64,000 bases of DNA, taken from contig CBDCAQ010000009.1 of NCBI GenBank assembly GCA_965214005.1, positions 79,758-143,757 on the forward strand. The letters are read 5' to 3'. The position numbers were made by a program, and so were the translations under genes. Positions 56,501-62,871 of this stretch are shown here, piece by piece. Each line of letters opens with the position of its first letter. The stretch's first letter is position 1. The notes under the pieces were generated by a model. It had not been told where the DNA came from. It searched no databases and saw only the letters and a list, made by a program, of their open reading frames with translations. The DNA is from Bryobacteraceae bacterium (GTDB taxonomy: Bacteria; Acidobacteriota; Terriglobia; Bryobacterales; Bryobacteraceae).

Positions 56501-58634
56501 GGTACGCGCGATTCCAATGGTGCGCCAGCGCGACCACCGGCTTGATGGAGTACGGCACCCAGTTGGCCTGGTAGATGTAGTAGAGCAGCCGTGGAAAGCG
56601 GTTCTGATCGACCATGCTGTAGCCCAGGCTGCGCACATAGTTCGTCATGCTCGCGTTGTTCTGGTACTCGGCATAGAGAGCGACTTCGCCCGGCGTATCG
56701 GCAAAGTACCACTGAGCCATGCCGAAGGTATTGTTCGCGCGGCCGTCGCGCCAGTCGTTTAGGTAGCCGTTGGCGAACGCGAGTTCGTAGTCCCAGGCAA
56801 GCCCGCGCCCAGTGCCCACGTTATCCCAGTACTCTGCGCCGAAGGCTGGATTGTTTGGGTTCTGCTGCTTGTTGCCAACCTCGCAGCCGGCGCCATCACA
56901 CTCATCGATAAAGGCGTACTGCGGTGAATAGGCGCGAGAGGCCTGCTGCCGCGGGTTGATGTTGTCCCACTGCTGTCCAAGTGCGCCAAGCTGCTGGGCA
57001 AGTGCGAGATTGTTGCCGCCGTTATCCATCTCCCAGTCCAGGATGGACGGATGGCTGCGGTCGCGGATGATCATGTCGCGGTGCAATTCCTGCTTCAACT
57101 GCGCGTCGTCTGCAGATGGATTCGTGAACGCGCCTTCCCCGTCGCCACTTGGCTGGTCGATCATGACGCCGTAAGCATCCGCTGCTGCGACAAACTCCTC
57201 ACTGCTGGTGGAGTGGCCGGGCCGCCAGATGTTGCCGCCGCTCGCGGCAAATTGCGCCAGGTCGCGCCACTGCTGCTCATCCGGGACAGAAGATCCCAGC
57301 GCAGGATAGTCGTATCTACCGGAGCCACCCCATAGGTACTGCGCATGGCCATTGAAGTAGGGGAAGTTCGCGTCCCACGTGATGGTGCGGATGCCCAGCG
57401 GGCTCACGGTTGCATCGACCACGACGCCATTGACGCTGACGATGTGATACACGCGATACATATAAGGCTTGCCGTACACGGAGTTGTTGGGGTACCAGAG
57501 CGTTGGATTCGCGATGGTAATCTTCTGCTCGAACATGGCCGCCGGCGTCGACGGAAAGGTGGCCGCAGTCATTGGAGCGACTGCCTGCATAAGCGGGGGT
57601 GCAGTCAGCACGACGTCGCCCAGGGCATCCACCACCTGCGTTGTCAACGTAACCTGCTGGGTCACCGCGGACTCGTTCAGCACATTGGTTTGTACATCGA
57701 CCACGGCCGAAGCAGCCGTCGCGGTCCCCTGCGCCGCAGGGACCTCGGAGACTGTACCCACATACGTTCCCCAGGTCCTGGTGTTCGAGTACACGTTGAG
57801 TGGAATATGGATCGCATTGGTCAGCACCAGGAAGACGTTGCGAAAGAGCCCCGCCATGGCTTGTCCGAAGCGGAAGGCACCTGAGAAGTTTGGCTGCTCA
57901 AACCAGCTCGAAGCCCTCGAGACATCGACCGCGATTACGTTGTCCGTCACGCCGTCTGCATGGAGATACGGAGTCAGATCGACCACGACCGGAACAAATC
58001 CGACGACATGCGTTGCCTGTGCGTCCGCCGCCACCTGACTGATGCCCTTGAGCAGCGTACCGTTGATGTATACCTGCACGCCGGTGTGCGTGCCTTCGAG
58101 ATTCAACAAGAACTTTTGCGCCGCATATTTGCTGTCGATTTTGAAGTGCAGACGATACCAGTTGTCGTTTCCGGTGAGCGAACCCTGGCCGCCGCCAGAC
58201 GCCTGGTTGATAAACGTGCGCTTGATGTTCGCGTCGTAGGGCAGACCAACCTGCTGCCAGTTCACACTGCTGTCCGAGTTCTCCACAAACCCCGGAGTCG
58301 CATAGCTTGGCGAGGTCTTCGAGTTCTCATACCACCATTGGCTCTGCGGCGCGTTGGAGTCGGTCGCCGCGTTTCCGATCGACTGCGGCACGCCTGCGGA
58401 CAGATTGATCGTCATGCGCTGCGACAATGGCACAGAGACTTCTTTTTGCTGCGCACGCGCAAATGTCAAAGCGCTCAGCAGGAAGACAATCCAGATGATT
58501 CGTCTGAACGTAAGCCTGACACGTAATGAACAAAACTCCGACGGGAGCTCTGGTTTTGCGAGGCGATTGGCGATTGAACAGCTGTGCCATGAGGCGTCTG
58601 ACTTGTCGTTGCATGCGGATGATCCGTCTGGCAT
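50550..58634 (-). CDS. giant secreted multidomain carbohydrate-active protein: GH2-like module, Ig-like x7, F5/8 type C (discoidin/CBM32-like) x4, DUF1566-like, C-terminal GH64-like beta-1,3-glucanase module
   Basis: ATG at 58634 follows AGGAGA; the ORF is open from 58682. A signal-like segment (RRIIWIVFLLSALTFARAQQ) is present. GH2 motifs: NWYRLHF, RDRSHPSILDW, GAEYWD. Repeated units: FTYQWLRNG Ig units and NAVDG...TRWSS...W.QVDLG discoidin units. GH64-like tail: DWYEFNYGG, NTTQVDQFGLP, GGLAYGFSYDD. Confidence 0.8.
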   Translation of the reverse strand: MPDGSSACNDKSDASWHSCSIANRLAKPELPSEFCSLRVRLTFRRIIWIVFLLSALTFARAQQKEVSVPLSQRMTINLSAGVPQSIGNAATDSNAPQSQWWYENSKTSPSYATPGFVENSDSSVNWQQVGLPYDANIKRTFINQASGGGQGSLTGNDNWYRLHFKIDSKYAAQKFLLNLEGTHTGVQVYINGTLLKGISQVAADAQATHVVGFVPVVVDLTPYLHADGVTDNVIAVDVSRASSWFEQPNFSGAFRFGQAMAGLFRNVFLVLTNAIHIPLNVYSNTRTWGTYVGTVSEVPAAQGTATAASAVVDVQTNVLNESAVTQQVTLTTQVVDALGDVVLTAPPLMQAVAPMTAATFPSTPAAMFEQKITIANPTLWYPNNSVYGKPYMYRVYHIVSVNGVVVDATVSPLGIRTITWDANFPYFNGHAQYLWGGSGRYDYPALGSSVPDEQQWRDLAQFAASGGNIWRPGHSTSSEEFVAAADAYGVMIDQPSGDGEGAFTNPSADDAQLKQELHRDMIIRDRSHPSILDWEMDNGGNNLALAQQLGALGQQWDNINPRQQASRAYSPQYAFIDECDGAGCEVGNKQQNPNNPAFGAEYWDNVGTGRGLAWDYELAFANGYLNDWRDGRANNTFGMAQWYFADTPGEVALYAEYQNNASMTNYVRSLGYSMVDQNRFPRLLYYIYQANWVPYSIKPVVALAHHWNRAYQYTAGTPLQENAFSNCPAVRLLINGVAKDPVTGAALADQTPNPWNIATNNSINQNVTTMPGQVHWMVNWAPGTVTAECIDASGNVVQGASDTRTTAGAENKIVLSVVPNVTRPDGTSFQWTSNGSDAAFIVAQVQDAQGNLVPTAADNVTFSVSGPATYMGGTQQLVADPAVSTYYQDAFSKANVNVVNGVPYAFFHSPGDPELNFEGGLQKIALRSTFAPGSVTVTASAPGLVSGSVQLASVAPAAPVQSQAPSIIVPPVDTSVSSGYPATFTVAASGSGTLLYQWYVNGAAISGATGTSYSTAATTAADNGKTVSVTISSNFGNVTSNAVKLTVSADANAAITLQPQSQNAVVGQAATFTIAASGSPQLSYQWFVNGAPVANGAQSTYVTPVLLSAGTSSVYVVVTNPLNQVQSATVALTVTAPIPVSFTAQPQGRIVPVNQPVQLSATVAGSAPFTYSWNFTPAGGASSILVSNTQTANIITYNVPAMSASTVGSYTLTVNNAANTAVTSAAAQLTLAPPGINLALNRVATASSTQNACTDQTTTPPLSGVNCLGAENAVDGNVNSRWASASAGQPPATVVAGVDPSWLQVDLGSVQGFNTVILNWENAYAAQYKIQYTNQDPATNPAWQDATKVILSSGGVETLNFPTVQARYVRMLGLQRATQYGYSLLEFQVYDVAQCGGSNERYTVNAHNAALVLDNLIGLTWTRTIQTDSAAGSQFTGVDAVNYCKSINMRVPTQSEALGISGSNNASCAFPGTWNTWTSTVDPQDASETALVNFDGTASYKVTKNWPGAVLCTSGNFVSQAPVISAQPQPTTVAVGQTAAFAVTATGSPAPTYQWLRNGAAIASATASTYVTTTLSSADNNAVFSVVVSNSTATVTSTHALLTVTAAPVAPTQPSSCSAGATDAAIPGFCNGPIPAGANLAFKKVASSSGDENSNVLPPSAAFDGDLTSRWSSAFADAEWLQVDLGSVQAIGQVVLRWERAYGTKYQILTSPDGVKFTPVYQQANGLGGTENITFNAVNARYVRLNGQARSSIYGYSLWEFEVYASALPTIVTQPVAQTVTAGAQAQFTVVAGGVAPFTYQWLLNGASVANANAATYTTPSLYGADNGGKYSVVVSNAAGSVTSSVAAVTVTSPVAGSTNLALYKTATSSGDENASLAPINAVDGSLTTRWSSAFSDTAWFQVDLGSSTQVSKVVLYWESAYGKAYQILASNDAQNWTPVYTQTAGTGGVETLNFSPVTARFLRMQGTTRATAYGYSLFEFQAFGANLPAIVSAPAAQTAAAGSKATFTVTAGSNGPFTYQWLRNGVVIAGATAATYTTPALKSADSGSTFAVQVTNASGTTTPAAVALTVTSSTPTTLNLALHKPATDSSSQDEASLGAAFAVDGDQTTRWASAAGVDPSWIAVDLGTTTTINQVVLRWEAAYGKAYQIQASSDSKSWTPVFTQSAGFGGVENLSFTPISARYVRMYGTTRGSQYGYSLYELEVYGSNPTAPSGTLSITKPPASQSATIGGTATFNVVAGGTGPFTYQWLRNGALITGATAASYTTSTLTAADSGAQFTVTVGNAAGTATVTSMPATLTVGSYTVYPGFLGVDLVNNTHGAWANNQVYVTVIGMDPANGQFAYVTPAGSVVDFTLNDASAANHLTAANGTGYGNYSFTLAQSTLLKLPLLTSARAYISLGAPLYVQVYADKNGKINGYAGPNPQNGSDPNFNTHFDWYEFNYGGTANANTVYINTTQVDQFGLPLLLDVWANAGSFHKQTGITESIAQLDQEFAKEVPLQFQPPAMSNLRIFSPAKMGLAAGAPYGNYFDATIAQAWASYQTKPLSITLSGRTYTGTASGASLTFQEANPSAAHAGERFVVQQPSTQDVLGCAGTMASGVAGSSAAQGDENAVQLQLENQICSAINRGVLSAPANWANAASYYASTPANFYSQFWHNHSVGGLAYGFSYDDNNNQSTTNTTQQPEHMTFTIGW
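51732..54077 (-). repeat. in-frame tandem coding repeats (Ig-like + discoidin unit, period about 660-740 bp, 3.5 copies)
   Basis: The recurrent DNA block CCACTGGTAGGT(G/A)AA(C/G)GG occurs at about 51888, 52570 and 53230, with a diverged copy near 53969. It encodes the P-F-T-Y-Q-W motif on the minus strand. Confidence 0.7.
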
Positions 58635-59455
58635 AAGTCTCCTGTGAAGAACTCGTCGTAAGCAAAAAGTGTCGGTCTCCAACTGAGTGGAGTGTGTCTA
58701 ATCCGGCGTACGCAGGCATCTGCGCTCCCCCCAATGGCGCTGGGAGCCGGTTCAGCTTCGCGTGGAGTCACTTTGGTCAATTGGCGATCTTCCTGCTCGT
58801 CTCGCAAGTGAAGTGCCAAATGAAACTCGCTCGGCCAAATGTTCCGGATTTGAATAAAGCGCCACGATTGCTGTTTATTGCTGACAGTTTGTGAATCGCC
58901 GAACGCGCCGGCCAGCAAGAGCACTTCGGTGCTTGGCAAGTTTTACTGCAGCAGAGGAAAAAGGTTCGTAGAAGGGCCCAGCAGAGCTCGCATGCTGCGA
59001 GCCAAACGACGCCTCCATAGCGCTTTGCCCGTGGAAGCAATGATTGTTCTTTCGATATTGATCATTCTCTTCGGGCTTTCTCTGGCGTGCATTTGGTGCT
59101 CTGCTCCTTGCGGAGTGCCAGGGCGTGCCTGCTCGATCGGTCTTCTCGCACTTCGGGCCGCCTCCCAAGCCGCTTCGTTTGTCGCGAACTTCAGACTAAC
59201 CATACTAGTGAGAACTAGGTCTCGATATCTTCTGTTCATCTGCACGACGAACATAGCGACCGCACACAAAGCACCTCCGCACATCCTCTTCAAACCCTAG
59301 TCCACCCCAGCTCTGAGGGGGGAATGCTTTCCCCTGTCTTCAGAGTGCGCCGGCACACCACGCTGGCGGACTCTTACGCCACCCCTTCGAGCGGGGATAC
59401 CCCGCAGCGCCCCAAAGCGATCTCTTCTGCACGCGCACGCGCGTGCCAGGCAAGG

Positions 59456-59875
59456 AAACCAAACCTGCTAGGGAGCTCTGCTCCCACGCGCGCGCAAGCC
59501 GATGGAAAAAGCTCCGTGCAGCTCCAAGTATTCGCTTCCTCCGGTCCCTCCGGGACTGCCCTTGCAGGGCACTTTTCCGCACAGCGTTGCACTTGCTACC
59601 CCTCGCAGGCGTGGGCCTGGGCCAAGGCGTGTCTGAGCGCAGCCACAGCCAAACCACTGAAAAGCGAGGAACACCCCATGAACACCACCGAATCCACCAC
59701 CAGCAACATCGCCACCCTTCCCGCCGCCCCCAAGCCTCAGACTTCCCGCGAAGTCATCCAGGCCAACGTGCAGCTTCTCATCGAGCAGCTTGAGGCCGGA
59801 CACAGCGAAGGCCTCACCGCCAACCTCACCGCTATGGGCCGCTTCCACAACTATTCCTTCGGAAACATCCTGGAG
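59456..59875 (+). repeat. direct repeat copy B (intact ardC leader and 5' coding region)
   Basis: See copy A at 49758-50195. Confidence 0.8.
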
Positions 59876-60634
59876 ATTGCACGGCAGCGGCCAGATGCAA
59901 CCCGCGTTGCAGGTCTGTATGCGTGGAACCAGCTAGGCCGCAAGGTTATCAAGGGCCAGAAGGGTATCCGCATCCTCGCCCCGATGATTGGCACCCGCAA
60001 GAAGAAAGACACCGAGGCCAACAAGAGCAAAGACCCCGCAGCCGTCAACAGCCCCGTACTGGTCGGATTTCGCGCCGTCTACGTCTTCGACGTGTCGCAG
60101 ACAGAGGGTGCAGAGCTTCCCGCATTCACCGAGCGCACCAGGGGAGAGGTTGGAGAGTACCGCGAACGCCTCATCGACTTCACCATCGCCCAGGGTATCG
60201 AGCTTGAGTTCAAGGAGAGCATAGCCCCCGCACTTGGCATGAGCTACGGCGGCCGCATCGCCATCCTTCCCGGTCAGGAACCAGCCGAGGAGTTCAGCAC
60301 CCTTGTTCACGAACTCGCACACGAGATGTTGCACAAGGCAGAACGCCGCACCGCCACCACCAAAACCGTACGCGAGACAGAAGCCGAGGCAATCGCCTTT
60401 GTAGTTTCGCAAACCATCGGCCTTGACGCAGGACGCGCGTCAGCCGACTACATCCAGCTTTACCACGGCAACGCCGCACTCCTCACCGAGAGCCTAGAGG
60501 TCATTCAACGCACCGCAGCCCTGATTCTCTCCGCACTGGAAACCAAGGAAGAAGCCGAGCAGCCGGAAACCGCACCCACAACCGAGCAGCACACCACCAA
60601 CGCCACCGACGCCGTACTCGCGGAGGTGGCCTAG
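59678..60634 (+). CDS. ardC: ArdC-like antirestriction protein (N-terminal ssDNA-binding domain + HExxH metalloprotease domain)
   Basis: FHNYSFGNILEIARQRPDATRVAGLYAWNQLGRKVIKGQKGIRILAP (ArdC-N/DUF1738-like) and TLVHELAHEMLH. ATG at 59678 follows GAGGA. Confidence 0.8.
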   Translation: MNTTESTTSNIATLPAAPKPQTSREVIQANVQLLIEQLEAGHSEGLTANLTAMGRFHNYSFGNILEIARQRPDATRVAGLYAWNQLGRKVIKGQKGIRILAPMIGTRKKKDTEANKSKDPAAVNSPVLVGFRAVYVFDVSQTEGAELPAFTERTRGEVGEYRERLIDFTIAQGIELEFKESIAPALGMSYGGRIAILPGQEPAEEFSTLVHELAHEMLHKAERRTATTKTVRETEAEAIAFVVSQTIGLDAGRASADYIQLYHGNAALLTESLEVIQRTAALILSALETKEEAEQPETAPTTEQHTTNATDAVLAEVA

Positions 60635-61050
60635 TGCAAACCATTCTGGACATCCTCAAGAAGGCCGGAGGTTGGCACCCCGGCCTGTACCTCAAAATTG
60701 ACAACGCGCCATTTATGCAGCTTGTCATTGAAGCACTGGACGAGTCAGGCCCAATGGGTCTCCCCGCCCTTTCAGTCGCGCACTACGGCACACAGAACGG
60801 CGACGCGATGCGCGACCCGGAGATGTGTTTCGAGCTTGGCCTGTACGGGGGAGTTCACCTGGTTCCCTTCTACTGGCGCAACGATTACGCCGGAGCCGAG
60901 GAGTGGAGCCGGAACGTGGTCGCAAACCGCTACGTGCACCTGTTTGAACTCCACACCCAGCACCAGCGCTTTGCTGAGACGTGGGACAGGAACCTGCGTC
61001 AGCAGGGCTTTATCGAGGCATTCAACCCGCAGAAGCACGTTCGCGGCTAA
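60634..61050 (+). CDS. hypothetical protein, translationally coupled to ardC
   Basis: The GTG start overlaps the ardC stop (TAGTG). The 138-aa acidic protein has an HYGTQNGDAMRDPEM motif that I associate, from memory only, with small proteins next to ArdC genes on mobile elements. Confidence 0.5.
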   Translation: MQTILDILKKAGGWHPGLYLKIDNAPFMQLVIEALDESGPMGLPALSVAHYGTQNGDAMRDPEMCFELGLYGGVHLVPFYWRNDYAGAEEWSRNVVANRYVHLFELHTQHQRFAETWDRNLRQQGFIEAFNPQKHVRG

Positions 61051-61125
61051 CCCCTTCCCCGGAGCGGAGGCAGGGCAGCGCAGCCGCTTACAACCACCAC
61101 GCCACCAGCACACAGGAGAACCACC

Positions 61126-62814
61126 ATGCAGAACAGCAGCGAATTCCAGTACATCGCCATCGACACCATTCACGAATCAGCCACCAACCCCCGCCGCACG
61201 TTCGACGAGTGCAAGCTCGGCGAACTGGCCGAGAGCATCCGCACCAATGGCCTGATTCAGCCCATCACGGTACGGCCCAACTCGCAAGGCTTCGAGATCG
61301 TCGCAGGAGCCAGGCGCTTTCGTGCCGCTCAGCTTGCCGAACTGTTTTCCCTTCCCGCCCGTATCGTCGACATCAACGACGCCCAGGCGCTTGAGTGGCA
61401 GTTGGTCGAGAACTCGCAGCGGGTGGACGTTCACCCCTACGAAGAGGCCCAGGGCTTCCAGCGGCTGCTGGACATGCCCGGTTACGACGTGGCAACACTG
61501 GTCGAGAAGTCAGGCAAGAGCGCAGCCCACGTTTACGCCCGTCTGTCTCTCCTGCAGCTTGTGCCGTCCATTGCCGAGGCATTCAGCGCCGAGCGCATCA
61601 CCGCCTCCCACGCCAACCTGCTAGCCCGTCTCCCGCAGGAGGCACAGGCTAACGCATACGAGCAGTGCTGGCGCAAGGATTGGCAGGACAAGGAACCGCA
61701 CCTGCTACCCGCCAAGCACCTTTCTGCGTGGATACAAACCAACCTCTACCTTTCCCTTGCCGAAGCCCCGTTCGACAAGGAAGACCCCACGCTAAACCCA
61801 CCCGCCGGAGCTTGCGTTACTTGCCCCCGCCGCAGCGGATTCAATACGTCCCTGTTTGCCGACGTGCAGGGCGACCAGTGCCTGGACGCCCCTTGCTTCC
61901 AAACCAAGGTAAACGCCCACATCGATTGCGAAGTTGCCGCCCGTCCCGAGCTGGTGCAGATCGAGAACGGATACCGTGCCCCGAAAGAACAACGCCCCGG
62001 AGCCGTACGCAGCGGAACCTATCGCGAAATCGACACCACCCACCAGAACCCCGACGCGGAACCCATCGCACCGTGCGAAGCCGCAAAGCCCGCCATCATC
62101 GTCTACGGCAAGCGCGTAGGAACCACCCTCACCGTTTGCACCGACAACAACTGCCCCGTTCACGATCCCCGCGCCGCCGCCAAAGCAGCCGAACACCCCG
62201 CCCCGGTCATGCCGCCAGCACCCCCGGCAGAAACCGAGGAAGAGGCCGAAGCACGGAAGCAGCAGCACGAGGAGCAGCGCAAAGCACACGAAGCCGAGCA
62301 GGAGCGCAGGGCCGAGGAGTTCAAGCAGCAGCAGGAGCAGGAAGAGAAGCGATACGAGGCAGAACAGGCCAAGCGCGAGAAGCAGCGTAAGGCACGGCAG
62401 GACACGTTCGAGCGCATCATCGCCGCAGCCCCGGCCAGCTTCACCGCCGCACAGTTGCGGGTTGTCCTCCGCGCCATCGTCAACCTTGACCCTTACACCT
62501 TCGCCGATGATCTGGCCGAGGATATCGCCGCCGATAACGAGAACGAACAGCGCAGCGCAGAAGAACTGCTGCTGGCCACCATCGACGCCACCGCCGATGA
62601 GAAGCTGACAGCCTTTGCGCTTCGCCTCGCCCTCTCCGGTCACGTTGGCATTCCGCGCGAGAACGAGTTCGATTTCCTCACCGAAGCCGAAGCCGCTTTC
62701 GCCCCACCCCAACCGAAGAAGAAAGCTCCGCCAGCTAAGGAGAAGAAGCCCACGCTGGTCAAAACCTCGCCCGTCAAGAAAGCCAAAGTAGCAAAGAAGC
62801 AGATTGCGGCCTAA
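61126..62814 (+). CDS. ParB/Spo0J-like nuclease-domain protein with Cys cluster and charged coiled-coil
   Basis: The N-terminus has GLIQPITVRP....FEIVAGARRFRAAQLA (ParB N-domain). It also has CVTCPRRSGFN....GDQCLDAPC plus CTDNNCP, and an E/K/Q/R-rich stretch. ATG follows GGAGAA. Confidence 0.8.
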   Translation: MQNSSEFQYIAIDTIHESATNPRRTFDECKLGELAESIRTNGLIQPITVRPNSQGFEIVAGARRFRAAQLAELFSLPARIVDINDAQALEWQLVENSQRVDVHPYEEAQGFQRLLDMPGYDVATLVEKSGKSAAHVYARLSLLQLVPSIAEAFSAERITASHANLLARLPQEAQANAYEQCWRKDWQDKEPHLLPAKHLSAWIQTNLYLSLAEAPFDKEDPTLNPPAGACVTCPRRSGFNTSLFADVQGDQCLDAPCFQTKVNAHIDCEVAARPELVQIENGYRAPKEQRPGAVRSGTYREIDTTHQNPDAEPIAPCEAAKPAIIVYGKRVGTTLTVCTDNNCPVHDPRAAAKAAEHPAPVMPPAPPAETEEEAEARKQQHEEQRKAHEAEQERRAEEFKQQQEQEEKRYEAEQAKREKQRKARQDTFERIIAAAPASFTAAQLRVVLRAIVNLDPYTFADDLAEDIAADNENEQRSAEELLLATIDATADEKLTAFALRLALSGHVGIPRENEFDFLTEAEAAFAPPQPKKKAPPAKEKKPTLVKTSPVKKAKVAKKQIAA

Positions 62815-62871
62815 CACGGCAGGGGGCCACGCGGCCCCCTCGCTTTCAACAACGCAGAGCCAGGTGCAGCC

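Noticed and set aside
59324-59677. 118-codon N-terminal extension of ArdC (ORF 59324-60634)
   Set aside because: The two repeat copies differ in this frame by about 3 synonymous and 9 non-synonymous changes, and copy A has an in-frame stop before the ATG. ATG at 59678 has a GAGGA RBS, and the ArdC homology starts after it.
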